A stretch of 64,000 bases of DNA from Candidatus Kerfeldbacteria bacterium. GTDB taxonomy: Bacteria > Patescibacteriota > Patescibacteriia > SBBC01 > CAIJZX01. The notes under the pieces were generated by a model that saw only the letters and a program-made list of their open reading frames with translations, made no database searches and had not been told where the DNA came from. Shown here piece by piece: positions 29,503-40,478 of the stretch. Numbering within the stretch: position 1 is the stretch's first letter; each line of letters starts with the position of its first letter. Both the position numbers and the translations under genes were made by a program. The DNA lies in assembly GCA_903825245.1 (NCBI GenBank), contig CAIJZX010000012.1, positions 12,059 through 76,058 on the forward strand. Reading direction: 5' to 3'.

Positions 29503-30369
29503 TTATTGCAGTAATTTTGATTCCGTTGCGAGTCCTTGCTGGATCGTGACGACATTCATTTTATGACTAATGAGGAGATTGACGATCGACTTTAGTTCAC
29601 CGGTCGTAATGGAAAGATGTTTTCCTGTCAAATCGAGTTCCGGCGCTGGGGTTACCCGATGGAAAACCAACACCAACCATCGTCCGTTGTTCTGTGCCCA
29701 CACACATAAATCCAGAATTTTTGTTACCGGTATATCGGAAGTGACGATGATTGCCGGCATTTCCATCGGGTTGCCACCTTTGAGCGGCAGACCATTCTCA
29801 AGTTTCCTCCCGGATTCATAACCCGCCCGCTGTACAGCAGCTTCCACCGGTTGGTTATACAAGCCGCCGGGATAAGCAAAGTCCACGACCGGAATACCGA
29901 GATTCTCTAGATCCTTTTTCGATCCTTGGAGTTCAGTATCGACGCGCTCCATCGACATCGATGTTAAATCTTGGTGCGATTGTGTATGTGAGGCGATCTC
30001 GTGTCCCTGGTGATACAGTGTTTGTACTTGGGAAGCATCCATGAAATTTGGATCGTGGCCATCCAGATAATTCGTGATGATGTACTGGGTGCTTTTGAGG
30101 TGTGCGGCATTCAATATCGGTATAGCATTTTGATAGACCTCCTCCGTCCCATCATCGAACGTCAACGATACCATATGGAACGGCTTTGGTTTTTTCGGCT
30201 TTGAAGCCAATGCTGGTTTGACTGTCATCTTTGTTGAAGTCGCAACTGTTTTTTCCAGCCCACTAGAAATGGAATATACGATAAAAACGCCACAAAAAAT
30301 AATTGTGGCTACAGAAAAAAATTTAACCTTCTTATGCGAGATCGAGAACAGCGGTGAGATGTACTTCAT
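29503..30369 (-). CDS. Polysaccharide deacetylase (CE4)
   Basis: LTFDDG, HEIASHTQSH, FAYPGG, LVFH, plus an N-terminal TM. Confidence 0.9.
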   Translation of the reverse strand: MKYISPLFSISHKKVKFFSVATIIFCGVFIVYSISSGLEKTVATSTKMTVKPALASKPKKPKPFHMVSLTFDDGTEEVYQNAIPILNAAHLKSTQYIITNYLDGHDPNFMDASQVQTLYHQGHEIASHTQSHQDLTSMSMERVDTELQGSKKDLENLGIPVVDFAYPGGLYNQPVEAAVQRAGYESGRKLENGLPLKGGNPMEMPAIIVTSDIPVTKILDLCVWAQNNGRWLVLVFHRVTPAPELDLTGKHLSITTGELKSIVNLLISHKMNVVTIQQGLATESKLLQ

Positions 30370-30639
30370 GATTAGCCTGCTTCTCTATTTCCAAATAGAC
30401 GACTGAAGATTACCCTGAGCTTAAGATCTACTTTACTTTTTCGAATTTACTCATTACATATCATCTGATTCCTTTTTATTATACCATAAAAATATCTTTT
30501 GTAAAGCTGATGGTTATAGTTGAAGAACGTAAGGATGTACGTCATTCATGTGGAAATATCATGCTAACGTGTGTCATGTCGTTTATTGACAAACCATCTC
30601 CATATTGTTACCGTTAGCATCGTAACTAATCAAATACGT

Positions 30640-31641
30640 ATGTCTACACTTCAAGGAAAACGCGTTCTCGTCACTGGTGCTGACGGTTTTATTGGTAGTC
30701 ATCTTGTTGAACAGTTACTCGCCCAAGGATGCCGTGTACGTGCTCTAGTGTACTATAACTCCTTCAATTCCTGGGGCTGGATCGACTCATTCGGTGTGGC
30801 GCAAAAGCAACTCATCGACGTTATGCCTGGTGATGTTCGGGATCCGAACTGCATGCGTGAAGCAGTGAAAGATATGGATATCGTTTTCCATCTGGCTGCA
30901 CTGATCGCCATTCCCTACAGCTACTCGGCACCCGACAGTTACGTCGATACGAACATCCGTGGAACATTGAATGTTTTACAAGCCTGCCGCCAACATGAAA
31001 CACGACGCGTGCTCGTAACTTCGACATCGGAAGTATATGGAACTGCGCAATACGTACCGATTGACGAAAAACATCCGTTCCAAGGACAGTCGCCATATTC
31101 GGCCACGAAAATCGGCGCCGACCGCATCGCTGAATCATTCTATCGCAGCTTTGAATTACCGGTAACCATTGTCCGTCCGTTCAATACGTACGGACCACGT
31201 CAATCAGCTCGGGCATTCATCCCCTCGCTCATCTCACAATTACTATCCGGTTCGTTGGAAATTAAAATGGGTACTCGCACGACGACGCGAGACCTCGTTT
31301 TCGTCAAAGATACAGCCCGCGCTTTTGTCGCCATCGCCCAGGCTGATGCAACAATCGGGCAGGAATTGAATATCGCCACGCAACAAGAACATTCAATTGG
31401 CGATATCGCCGATACCTTGGTGAGGATGATCGAACCGAAGGCAAAATTGATTGAGGAGAAAATTAGGCTTCGTCCGCAAAAAAGCGAGGTCGACCGATTG
31501 CTAGGCAGCAACGAGAAGATTCGTTCGCTCACGGATTGGCAACCGACACATTCGATCGAACAGGGGTTGGAGGAAACGATTGCCTGGTTCAAATCAGGGA
31601 ACAATCTTGATCGGTACAAACCGGATATCTATAACCTCTAA
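30640..31641 (+). CDS. NAD-dependent nucleotide-sugar 4,6-dehydratase (LegB-like)
   Basis: TGADGFIG, LAALIAIPYSY, STSEVYG, YSATK, NTYGPRQ. Confidence 0.85.
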   Translation: MSTLQGKRVLVTGADGFIGSHLVEQLLAQGCRVRALVYYNSFNSWGWIDSFGVAQKQLIDVMPGDVRDPNCMREAVKDMDIVFHLAALIAIPYSYSAPDSYVDTNIRGTLNVLQACRQHETRRVLVTSTSEVYGTAQYVPIDEKHPFQGQSPYSATKIGADRIAESFYRSFELPVTIVRPFNTYGPRQSARAFIPSLISQLLSGSLEIKMGTRTTTRDLVFVKDTARAFVAIAQADATIGQELNIATQQEHSIGDIADTLVRMIEPKAKLIEEKIRLRPQKSEVDRLLGSNEKIRSLTDWQPTHSIEQGLEETIAWFKSGNNLDRYKPDIYNL

Positions 31642-31645
31642 CACT

Positions 31646-32353
31646 ATGCAGGCTGTCATTCTTGCCGGCGGAAAAGGCACGCGACTGAAACCGTTCACCA
31701 CATTCCTACCGAAGCCGCTCGTTCCGGTCGGCGATGTCCCCATCCTCGAGGTGGTGTTGCGCCAATTGAAACACTACGGCTTCACTGACGCAGTCCTGGC
31801 GGTCAATCATTTGGCCGAGTTAATCATGACCTTTTTCGGCAATGGCGACAAACTCGGTATGCACATCACCTACTCTCGCGAAGAACAACCGCTCGGTACC
31901 GCGGGTCCGGTCGCGCTCGTCGACAAACTGGATGATCATTTTTTGGTCATGAACGGCGATCTATTGACGACCGTTAATTTTAAGCAGCTCTATGACTATC
32001 ATATCGCCCAGAAGAACGATGTGACGATCTGCACAGCCAAGAGAGAAGTGAAAATTGATTTGGGTGTTCTAGAAATCAAGGATAATGCTTTCGTAAATTA
32101 CAATGAAAAACCGACCTTGAGTTACTGGGTCAGTTCCGGCATCTACATTCTCAATCGCGATGTAGTCAAGACTATCCCGCAAGGAAAACCATACGATATG
32201 CCGACCTTGATGATGGAATTGCATCGCCAAGGAAAAAAGATCGGTTGCTATACCGAAGATTTCTACTGGCTTGATATCGGCCGCGTCGACGATTACGAAA
32301 CGGCGGTGAGAATTTTCAACGAAAAAAAGGATCAATTCCTCCCCAATGGATAA
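31646..32353 (+). CDS. Sugar-phosphate nucleotidyltransferase
   Basis: ILAGGKGTRL, PKPL, LGTAG, MNGD, EKP, WLDIG. Confidence 0.9.
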   Translation: MQAVILAGGKGTRLKPFTTFLPKPLVPVGDVPILEVVLRQLKHYGFTDAVLAVNHLAELIMTFFGNGDKLGMHITYSREEQPLGTAGPVALVDKLDDHFLVMNGDLLTTVNFKQLYDYHIAQKNDVTICTAKREVKIDLGVLEIKDNAFVNYNEKPTLSYWVSSGIYILNRDVVKTIPQGKPYDMPTLMMELHRQGKKIGCYTEDFYWLDIGRVDDYETAVRIFNEKKDQFLPNG

Positions 32354-33251
32354 GGTCTGCATTCTCGGCATCGACGGCTTCACCGGCAGTCATTTCCTCG
32401 ACTACATACAAACACACCGACTGGCTGAACAGTATGATTTCTTTGGTTTTAGTCGGACGCCCACGCACGTGCACATCCCGATCTCGGCGTTATCCGCCAC
32501 TGATCGAGGCGCGCTATCGGCCACGCTGAAAAAATTACAACCGCAGTATATCGTCAATCTCATCGGTTCGCCGCAACCCGCCACACTGGAAGCGGCAGTC
32601 GCACTCAACGCGACGATTAGCCAGTGGATTTGCGAAATTACGTTAGAGGAACACCTACCACTGAAAAAGTTACTCGCCATCGGTTCGGCAGCGGAATACG
32701 GAGTTCCGGAGTCTCTCCCAATCACCGAGTTACACCCACTCCAACCCGTCTCGATGTACGGCTTAGCTAAAGCGTGGCAAACACAGGTTCTGTCTTATTT
32801 CCATCGTAAACATTCTTTACCGATCAACGTCGCTAGGACGTTCAACATCATCGGTTCGGGCATGCCGAACTATCTCTCCATCGGCTCGTTCGCGGAACAA
32901 ATCCGCACTCTTGGTGATGTCGGGAAACTGCTCGTCGGAAATATCGAATCTAAACGTGATTTTCTTAACATCAACGATGTCATCGATGCGTATTGGAAGA
33001 TACTGATCGACGCCCCAAGCGGCGAAATATACAATGTATGCAATGGATCTTCTCTCTCCATGCGCGAGATACTGCAAACAATGATCAAAGCTTCACATAA
33101 AAACATTACCATCCACCTCGATCAGCAACGAGTCAAACGACACGATGTCCCGGATATTTACGGCGATAACCAAAAATTGCAACAAGCCACAAACTGGAAA
33201 CCGAGCGGTACCCTGACGGCGGAATTAACCGAGATTGTCCAGGCTTCGTGA
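32346..33251 (+). CDS. NAD-dependent epimerase/reductase (Rmd-like)
   Basis: GIDGFTG, GSAAEYG, YGLAK, RTFN, GNIESKRDF. Confidence 0.8.
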   Translation: MDKVCILGIDGFTGSHFLDYIQTHRLAEQYDFFGFSRTPTHVHIPISALSATDRGALSATLKKLQPQYIVNLIGSPQPATLEAAVALNATISQWICEITLEEHLPLKKLLAIGSAAEYGVPESLPITELHPLQPVSMYGLAKAWQTQVLSYFHRKHSLPINVARTFNIIGSGMPNYLSIGSFAEQIRTLGDVGKLLVGNIESKRDFLNINDVIDAYWKILIDAPSGEIYNVCNGSSLSMREILQTMIKASHKNITIHLDQQRVKRHDVPDIYGDNQKLQQATNWKPSGTLTAELTEIVQAS

Positions 33252-33285
33252 ACTTCTGACAGCAGTCTTCGGTAGACTGGCAGTT

Positions 33286-33314
33286 TTGACGTATTCTTGA
33301 AATTTCGATATACT
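33286..33314 (+). promoter_or_regulatory. gmd promoter
   Basis: TTGACG-17 bp-TATACT. Confidence 0.7.
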
Positions 33315-33340
33315 GAACCAGTTATTCGGTAGTAACTTTT

Positions 33341-34372
33341 ATGAAAAAAGCACTGATTACCGGCATCACCGGCCAGGATGGCTCCTACCTCGCGGATTTC
33401 CTACTAACAAAAGATTATGAAATTCACGGTATCGTCCGCCGCGCAAGCTCATTTAATCGTGAGCGTATTGAACATATCCTGAATACCCCTGAACTCCAAT
33501 CTCGGGTGCATCTGCATTACGGAGATTTGAGCGATAGTAGTTCAATTAATCAAATTGTCAAAACTGTCAAACCCGATGAAATCTATCATCTCGGAGCGCA
33601 AAGCCATGTGCGGATTAGTTTTGACATTCCTGAATACACCGGTGATGTGACTGCACTCGGAACACTACGCTTACTTGACGCCATTCGAGATTCGGGCATA
33701 AACACGAAATTCTATCAAGCATCCTCGAGTGAAATGTTCGGCCAGGTAGCCGAAATCCCACAAACCGAACGTACACCATTTCACCCCCGCAGTCCGTACG
33801 GTGTTGCCAAGGTTTATGGGTATTGGATCACCGTTAATTACCGGGAAAGCTACGATATGTTCGCTACAAATGGCATCCTCTTTAATCACGAATCGCCCCG
33901 ACGCGGTGAAAATTTCGTCACACGGAAGATCACCCACACATTAGCGAACATCAAATTTGGATATGAAAAAAAGCTCTCGCTCGGGAATTTAAACGCCCAA
34001 CGCGATTGGGGGTACGCGCCGGACTACGTCGAAGCGATGTGGCTGATGCTCCAGGCGGCAAAACCAACTGACTATGTCGTCGCCACCGGTGAAACGCACT
34101 CGGTCAAAGAATTCGTCGATACCGCGGCCGCGGCCGCCGGTTTCGAATTGTCGTGGGAAGGCACGGGAGTCGACGAAAAGGGCATCGATCGAAAAACCGG
34201 CCAAACAATCGTGGACATCGATCCCAGGTTTTTCCGTCCGGCCGAAGTCGATCTGCTCATCGGAAATCCGGCGAAAGCCCAGCAAGAACTCGGCTGGAAA
34301 CCAAAAGTGAGCTTTTCGAAACTCGTTGAATTGATGGTCATCGCCGATCTCGAGCAAGCAAGCAAACGGTAA
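33341..34372 (+). CDS. gmd: GDP-mannose 4,6-dehydratase
   Basis: [43 protein letters not shown]. Confidence 0.97.
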   Translation: MKKALITGITGQDGSYLADFLLTKDYEIHGIVRRASSFNRERIEHILNTPELQSRVHLHYGDLSDSSSINQIVKTVKPDEIYHLGAQSHVRISFDIPEYTGDVTALGTLRLLDAIRDSGINTKFYQASSSEMFGQVAEIPQTERTPFHPRSPYGVAKVYGYWITVNYRESYDMFATNGILFNHESPRRGENFVTRKITHTLANIKFGYEKKLSLGNLNAQRDWGYAPDYVEAMWLMLQAAKPTDYVVATGETHSVKEFVDTAAAAAGFELSWEGTGVDEKGIDRKTGQTIVDIDPRFFRPAEVDLLIGNPAKAQQELGWKPKVSFSKLVELMVIADLEQASKR

Positions 34373-34377
34373 CCCAC

Positions 34378-35289
34378 ATGCGAGTATTCATTACGGGAAT
34401 TGACGGTTTCGTCGGCCGATATCTAGCCCATGAACTCTCGCGATACGGTAGTGAGGTTTTTGGCACGACGATGGGAACAGCTTCCGACCATGTGATGCAT
34501 ATGGAAGTGACCGATATGGCCAGTGTTCGAACGGCCATTCAAGACGTACGACCGGACCAGGTGTTTCATCTAGCCGGCTTTACCTCGGTCAAACAAAGTT
34601 GGAGCCACCCCGAAGATGCGTTGCGTGTCAATCGCAATGGTACAAAAAACGTCTATACCGCCCTCACGGAACTGCAACATATGCCGAAAGTTTTACTGAC
34701 AAGCACCGCCGAGGTGTACGGCATCCCGGCCTCGATTCCGATCACCGAAACGCACCCGACCGCGCCAAACAATCCGTATGCAGTGTCAAAATTAGCCCAA
34801 GAATCTATATCAAACGATTACCCTGGCATCACCACGGTCATTACACGGAGCTTTCCGCACATCGGTCCGGGACAGAGTCCGTCGTTTGTCACCTCGGATT
34901 TTGCCCAGCAAATCGTTCGTGTAGAACGCGGTCAAGCGACGTCGATTCATGTCGGCAATCTCGATGCCCGACGCGATTTTACCGATGTGCGGGACGTCGT
35001 TCGGGCATATCGTTTGCTGCTCGACCAAGCTCATGCACATGACATTGTGAATGTTTGTTCAGGGAATACATACAGCATCAAGGAGCTACTCGATACGTTG
35101 GTACGAAATTCAACTTCCAAGGCTATTGTCATCGAACATGACCCAGAACGACTGAGGCCGTCTGATATACCGGTATTATCCGGTTCCTCACAACATTTGC
35201 ACGAACTAACCGGTTGGCACCCATCAATTGATATTCTTGCCACCACACTACCAGAAATTCTGGATTATTGGAGAAAGATTACCTGGTAA
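34378..35289 (+). CDS. rmd: GDP-4-keto-6-deoxymannose reductase-like protein
   Basis: GIDGFVG, YAVSK, HIGPGQS, GNLDARRDFTDVRD. Directly follows gmd. Confidence 0.7.
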   Translation: MRVFITGIDGFVGRYLAHELSRYGSEVFGTTMGTASDHVMHMEVTDMASVRTAIQDVRPDQVFHLAGFTSVKQSWSHPEDALRVNRNGTKNVYTALTELQHMPKVLLTSTAEVYGIPASIPITETHPTAPNNPYAVSKLAQESISNDYPGITTVITRSFPHIGPGQSPSFVTSDFAQQIVRVERGQATSIHVGNLDARRDFTDVRDVVRAYRLLLDQAHAHDIVNVCSGNTYSIKELLDTLVRNSTSKAIVIEHDPERLRPSDIPVLSGSSQHLHELTGWHPSIDILATTLPEILDYWRKITW

Positions 35290-35487
35290 CGACATGCAGT
35301 TCAATCAACAATGGAAATATGTTTTGCATGCCGTTTGTAACGGCTAGTCAGGATAGTTGATTTAAGAAAGAGATCAAGACTCTAAACTAGAAAGATTGAC
35401 GCTGCCTTGAGGGTAATTACCATGTTATTTGATTTCCTCTTACACAAGCGTATACTGTATTTTAGCTGAGTATTAATTTCAATTCAC

Positions 35488-36342
35488 ATGAAAAATCCAT
35501 TGAAAAAAGCCATGTCGGGTTCCTTTTTCTTTCGACATCCGTCAAGTTTAATGTTTATTCGAACACTATACTATTGGCCTATAGACACTTTCGAACAACT
35601 TTTCGGACTCCGCGATCCTTTAACACCTCCCCGTGGTAAAGTTTTTATCGGCGGAGGAAATTACCGGAAGTTGGGAGAGGTTTTTTTACAATATTTCATT
35701 GAATTAGGCCATTTACAAAAAAATGCAGCCGTACTCGACGTAGGTTGTGGAATTGGAAGAATGGCAGCACCATTGACTAAGTATCTTTCCACCGAGGGGC
35801 GATATGAAGGATTTGACATCGTCCAAGAAGGAACAGATTGGTCAAAAAAGAACATTACTGTTCGCTTTCCTAATTTCCAATTCCAGTTTGCTGATATTTG
35901 GAATAAAATTTATAATCCGCGGGGGAAATTCCAAGCATCAAGCTATAAGTTTCCCTACCCTGACAACACGTTTGATTTTTGCTTTTTGACATCCGTGTTT
36001 ACACACATGCTGTCATCTGATGTACACCAATACCTTAAAGAAATTTCTAGAACATTAAAGCCAGGTGGGAAGATATTTGCCACGTATTTCTTACTAAATG
36101 AAGAATCGAGTACCTTGGCATCACAGAGCAAGAGTACTTTAAGATTTCCTTATGGACGAGAGGGGTGTTACTTGGAAAATGAAGTTGCACCTGAAACAGC
36201 AGTTGCTTATACAGAGAAATCCGTAAGGGAGCAATTTATTTCGCTGGGACTTACTATCACCGAACCGATTCACTTTGGTAATTGGTGCGGACGACCAGCG
36301 TTTCTTTCATATCAAGATATAGTTGTAGCTGAAAAAAAATAG
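35488..36342 (+). CDS. Class I SAM-dependent methyltransferase
   Basis: VLDVGCGIGR, SVFTH, LKPGG. Confidence 0.88.
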   Translation: MKNPLKKAMSGSFFFRHPSSLMFIRTLYYWPIDTFEQLFGLRDPLTPPRGKVFIGGGNYRKLGEVFLQYFIELGHLQKNAAVLDVGCGIGRMAAPLTKYLSTEGRYEGFDIVQEGTDWSKKNITVRFPNFQFQFADIWNKIYNPRGKFQASSYKFPYPDNTFDFCFLTSVFTHMLSSDVHQYLKEISRTLKPGGKIFATYFLLNEESSTLASQSKSTLRFPYGREGCYLENEVAPETAVAYTEKSVREQFISLGLTITEPIHFGNWCGRPAFLSYQDIVVAEKK

Positions 36343-36513
36343 AAATTCATTCATACCCTTTAGCTCGCTAAATCACTGGGCGTTTTTAAACCTCGTCATT
36401 TTTGCAAAAGGGTAAGTTTAAACTCGAATCGTTGTTCCGGCGAAGAAAACGTGGTTTTCTGTGCAATTGCAGGAAACTACATTATTAGGGAATGACCCGA
36501 AAGTGATATCTGT

Positions 36514-36542
36514 TTGACTTCTTATAAGAAAATGAGTATAAT
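36514..36542 (+). promoter_or_regulatory. Sigma70 promoter inside the glycan locus
   Basis: TTGACT-17 bp-TATAAT. Confidence 0.7.
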
Positions 36543-36622
36543 GTTTGTGTTAGAACATAGCAAAGATTTTTTTGATTGAGGAAATTCTGCCCTGATTGAA
36601 GCAACCAATACCTCCAACGGAA

Positions 36623-37423
36623 ATGCCACAACGAACGGTAACTTTTGAAACGAAATGCTGGGACAAAGACTGGCGTTTTTTGTTAACTACGAACTATCTC
36701 GAAAAAAATATTGCCCATCAACAATTCCCATTCACTCGGCGCGTCATATTCATCAATAATGTCCGCGACACACAGGCGGTAACAACCGCGGCGGACCGAA
36801 TAAAAAGTCAAGGCGTTATTGACGACTACTACGTAGTCGAACAATATGCGGACGAAGCGTTGCGTTTTTTTCAAATTCCAAAGGAATCATTCGGTCGGGG
36901 GTATTATTATTCGATCGCTGAATTAGTTAGCCTCTATCTTTGCTCGACCGAGTATATCCTGCATTTTGCCGGCGATACCTACATGCCACAGCCATCGGAC
37001 TGGGTTACACCAGCTCTCGACATTTTAGAACGACGACCTGACATCGTGATAGCAAATCCGACCTGGAATAATAACTATCTCGGAGCGGAGCAGGAATCGA
37101 CCAGCCAGGATAATGATTTTTTTTACGGTTATGGTTTTTCCGATCAATGCTACCTCGTGCGAACGAGAGATTTTCGACAACCGATATATATGGAGAAAAA
37201 TAACGCTTCCGAACGATATCCCGAATACGGCGGTGAATTATTTGAGAAACGTGTCGATGCTTGGATGCGGAATCATCAACATCTTCGGGCAACATATCGA
37301 CACAACTCATACATCCATCAGAACTTTCCGCACCTTTGGTGGCAAAAGAAATTGGCCTTGCGAAAATGGGGCGTTTTGAATGAAGCACAAAGCGCAGTAA
37401 CCGCAACTCACCGTATCGTCTGA
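36623..37423 (+). CDS. Hypothetical protein, possibly a GT-A fold glycosyltransferase
   Basis: TEYILHFAGD segment and glycan-locus context. Confidence 0.55.
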   Translation: MPQRTVTFETKCWDKDWRFLLTTNYLEKNIAHQQFPFTRRVIFINNVRDTQAVTTAADRIKSQGVIDDYYVVEQYADEALRFFQIPKESFGRGYYYSIAELVSLYLCSTEYILHFAGDTYMPQPSDWVTPALDILERRPDIVIANPTWNNNYLGAEQESTSQDNDFFYGYGFSDQCYLVRTRDFRQPIYMEKNNASERYPEYGGELFEKRVDAWMRNHQHLRATYRHNSYIHQNFPHLWWQKKLALRKWGVLNEAQSAVTATHRIV

Positions 37424-37434
37424 TACTATCGACT

Positions 37435-38877
37435 ATGCCTTCCCGATTGAATAAAATGCAGATTATCACCAGGAATTTCGCCAGTTTGTCGTTTTCGCAA
37501 TTCATATCCCTCGGACTTGGCGTCTTCATTTCCATTTTTACTATTCGGTATCTGGGGGTTACGAATTATGGCCGCTACTCGTTGGTTATCACAATCGTAG
37601 GACTTTTTGGCTTCGTCGTCGATCTTGGATTATCACAACTCGTGATTCGTGAGGTGAGCAAAAAACGGGAAGATGCCGACAAATACTTTGGAAATTTTTT
37701 GATCGTTCAAACAGCGATCGGCATTGGTATGTATCTACTACTCGTGATCTTCGTCAATGTCCTCCACTATCCGCAGGTTATTCGGTTGGGAGCGTATATC
37801 GTGGGCGGCAGTATGCTCCTCAACGCTTTGGCCCGACCGTTCTATGCGATTCTCACGGCCTTGGAAGAAATGCAAATTGTGGCTTTGGCAAATACCATCG
37901 GCATTCTGCTCAACTTTGTTGGACTATTAGCTGTAATTCATTTTAAAGCGAACTTGAATGCTTTCTTTACCCTCATCCTCGCGTCAAGTCTCGTTTCCAC
38001 ACTTTTTTTCATTCTTTTTTCACGTCGTTTCTTTCGAATTACGGTCCAATTTGATCGAATTTTGATTAAACACCTCCTTCTTCTTACCATACCGTTCGCA
38101 CTACTGATGACATTTAATATCATTTACGGCAAGGTTGACGTATTTCTCATTTCTCGTATTTTGCATAGTGACTCTGCGGTTGGCCTCTATTCATCGGCGT
38201 ATAAATTTATCGACGCCTTGATCATTTTAATGTCGACGATATCCGGCGTCCTGTTCCCGGTCATCGTCAAGAATTTCGCCGATGCGGGCGCGACGAACTT
38301 CATAGCTTCACGGGCAATAAAGTATACCTCGGCGGTTGGGCTTCCAATTGCTTTTGGCGTTTCGCTACTTGGAACGAAGATCATAACAACTGTCCTTGGC
38401 CAAAATTTTCATGACTCGGGTAACATCTTAAAAATCCTCATTTGGATAATCGCGCTTGTCAGCGCATATTCGATTCTCGGATGCGTATTAACTGCGGCCA
38501 ACAAAGTTTCCATGATGGTTCGCTTTAATGCTCTTGGCATCGTCGTCAATGTTGCGGCCAATCTTTTTTTTATCCCACGACTCGGAATAAAAGGTGCGGC
38601 CATAAGCAATATCATTTCCGAAGTCATGATGTTAGCGCTCTACGCGTACTATTCTCGGAACTATTTACAGTACCGCCAATTACGATATGATTTCTTAAAG
38701 ATTGCCGGAGGTTGTGGACTGATGTTTGTGGCTTGGAAATTTCTGCCGTCAATGAATCTGCTTCTCATGATCATTATCCTTGCCCTCGTTTATGGTGCCA
38801 CACTCTTATTGACAAAATTTATCCATAAGAACGAGTATCATTTTATTAAGCAAATTTGGGCCGCTCAACCTAAATAA
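37435..38877 (+). CDS. wzx: Wzx-type polysaccharide flippase
   Basis: RYLGVTNYG, DLGL, VGLYSSAYK, LGIKGAA. Many TM helices. Confidence 0.88.
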   Translation: MPSRLNKMQIITRNFASLSFSQFISLGLGVFISIFTIRYLGVTNYGRYSLVITIVGLFGFVVDLGLSQLVIREVSKKREDADKYFGNFLIVQTAIGIGMYLLLVIFVNVLHYPQVIRLGAYIVGGSMLLNALARPFYAILTALEEMQIVALANTIGILLNFVGLLAVIHFKANLNAFFTLILASSLVSTLFFILFSRRFFRITVQFDRILIKHLLLLTIPFALLMTFNIIYGKVDVFLISRILHSDSAVGLYSSAYKFIDALIILMSTISGVLFPVIVKNFADAGATNFIASRAIKYTSAVGLPIAFGVSLLGTKIITTVLGQNFHDSGNILKILIWIIALVSAYSILGCVLTAANKVSMMVRFNALGIVVNVAANLFFIPRLGIKGAAISNIISEVMMLALYAYYSRNYLQYRQLRYDFLKIAGGCGLMFVAWKFLPSMNLLLMIIILALVYGATLLLTKFIHKNEYHFIKQIWAAQPK

Positions 38878-38897
38878 GAAAATTTAACCTAACGTGT

Positions 38898-39692
38898 ATG
38901 ACCGAACGACCATGCCATTGTGGTGAATCAAAATACCAGCGGCTCTTTACTGCCAAAGGATTCTGCATTGGACGCTGTCTTGCCTGTCAGCAGGTGCGGA
39001 CAGTAACCATCGGCACATCTCCCCTCTCAACTGATGAACACTACGATGAACGTTACGCCCAGGGATATGAAGCAAACATCGCCACCTACGACCCACATTA
39101 CATTCGCGTCGTATCGTTGCTTGAGCGTTACCGTCAAGCCCCTGGAGAGCTACTGGATGTTGGTTGCGGAACTGGCGGCTTAATACGAGCGGCACAAAAA
39201 TCTGGTTGGCACGCCACCGGAGTTGATATATCAGAAGCGAACTGCGCCCAGGCGCGAAAGTACGGTTTGACAGCAGATCCTGTTACCATTTTTCAGGTAT
39301 CTCATCAGAACGGATCGCTGGATGTTATCACTGCGAACCATGTATTAGAACACGTTGACCAACCGGTCGAGTTTGTTCGAAAGGCATTCCAATTATTGAA
39401 AAACGGTGGTTTGTTAGTCATTGGAGTTCCTAATTTTGGAAGTTTCATGTCACGTATCTATCGCGACCGTTGGGTTTCTCTTCATCCTGAAGATCATATT
39501 TGGCAATTTTCTCCTCGGACGTTACAATTCCTGTTAACACAAGCCGGATTTGCCCCACAAGCGATTTTTTTCGACAGTCATAGCCGAAAAACTGTTGGTG
39601 TACCGATTCGCTATGCCTATCAACTTCTTGATGTCGTCGCTACCGTATTCCGCGCTGGTGAGGCCATGTTATTGATTGCTAAAAAACCATGA
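38898..39692 (+). CDS. Class I methyltransferase with N-terminal Cys motifs
   Basis: CHCG..CLAC, LLDVGCGTG, HVLEHV, VPN. Confidence 0.88.
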   Translation: MTERPCHCGESKYQRLFTAKGFCIGRCLACQQVRTVTIGTSPLSTDEHYDERYAQGYEANIATYDPHYIRVVSLLERYRQAPGELLDVGCGTGGLIRAAQKSGWHATGVDISEANCAQARKYGLTADPVTIFQVSHQNGSLDVITANHVLEHVDQPVEFVRKAFQLLKNGGLLVIGVPNFGSFMSRIYRDRWVSLHPEDHIWQFSPRTLQFLLTQAGFAPQAIFFDSHSRKTVGVPIRYAYQLLDVVATVFRAGEAMLLIAKKP

Positions 39693-40432
39693 ATAGATTA
39701 TCTGTCATCATCGTTGCCAAGAACGAAGAGCAGTGGCTTAATGATTGCTTACAAAGCATTTCCTGGGCCGACGAGATCATCGTCGTCGACGATGGTTCTA
39801 CTGACCATACAAAAAATATAGCATTGCGGTATACAAACAATATTTTCGAGTATGCCAACAATTATTCTGATTTCGGTTCACAGAAGCAATTTGCCCTCTC
39901 CAAGGCTACCGGCGAGTGGGTGTTGAGCCTCGATGCTGATGAACGAGTCACGTCCGAACTTGCACAAGAAATCAAAAAGCTTATCCAGATGCCTAACGAT
40001 GTTTCAGTTTATACAATCCCCTATCACAACTATTTCCTGGGTCACCCATTGAAAATGCGTTGCGAACAGTATTCACAACCAAGGCTGTTTCGCCGGACCG
40101 GTTCCGTTTTTAAAAACAAAATTCACGAAGTTATCGAAGTACCCGGAGTAACAGGCGCCGCATTTGGCTTTATCGATCACTACTCCTACAAAAGCATTGC
40201 CAGCATTGTTACAAAGTTTAATAAATATACCGACATTGAAGCACATAACCTCTATCAGCAAGGGTACCGAACGAATGCCTTGAAAATCTTTCTTGCGCCT
40301 TTCGAAACCTTTTTTCGCCGCCAAATTATCCTTGGTGGTTGGCGCGATAGTACCTACGGACTGATACTCAATATTCTTTTTGCTTATTATTATTTACTGA
40401 TACAAATGAAGGTCTGGGAACTCGCGAGGTAA
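39689..40432 (+). CDS. GT2 glycosyltransferase (beta-1,4-glucosyltransferase-like)
   Basis: AKNEE, DDGSTD, LDADE, IHE. Confidence 0.88.
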   Translation: MNRLSVIIVAKNEEQWLNDCLQSISWADEIIVVDDGSTDHTKNIALRYTNNIFEYANNYSDFGSQKQFALSKATGEWVLSLDADERVTSELAQEIKKLIQMPNDVSVYTIPYHNYFLGHPLKMRCEQYSQPRLFRRTGSVFKNKIHEVIEVPGVTGAAFGFIDHYSYKSIASIVTKFNKYTDIEAHNLYQQGYRTNALKIFLAPFETFFRRQIILGGWRDSTYGLILNILFAYYYLLIQMKVWELAR

Positions 40433-40478
40433 ACTCTCCACAACAACTACCTAAATATCATTATCTTATTTCGCCTAT

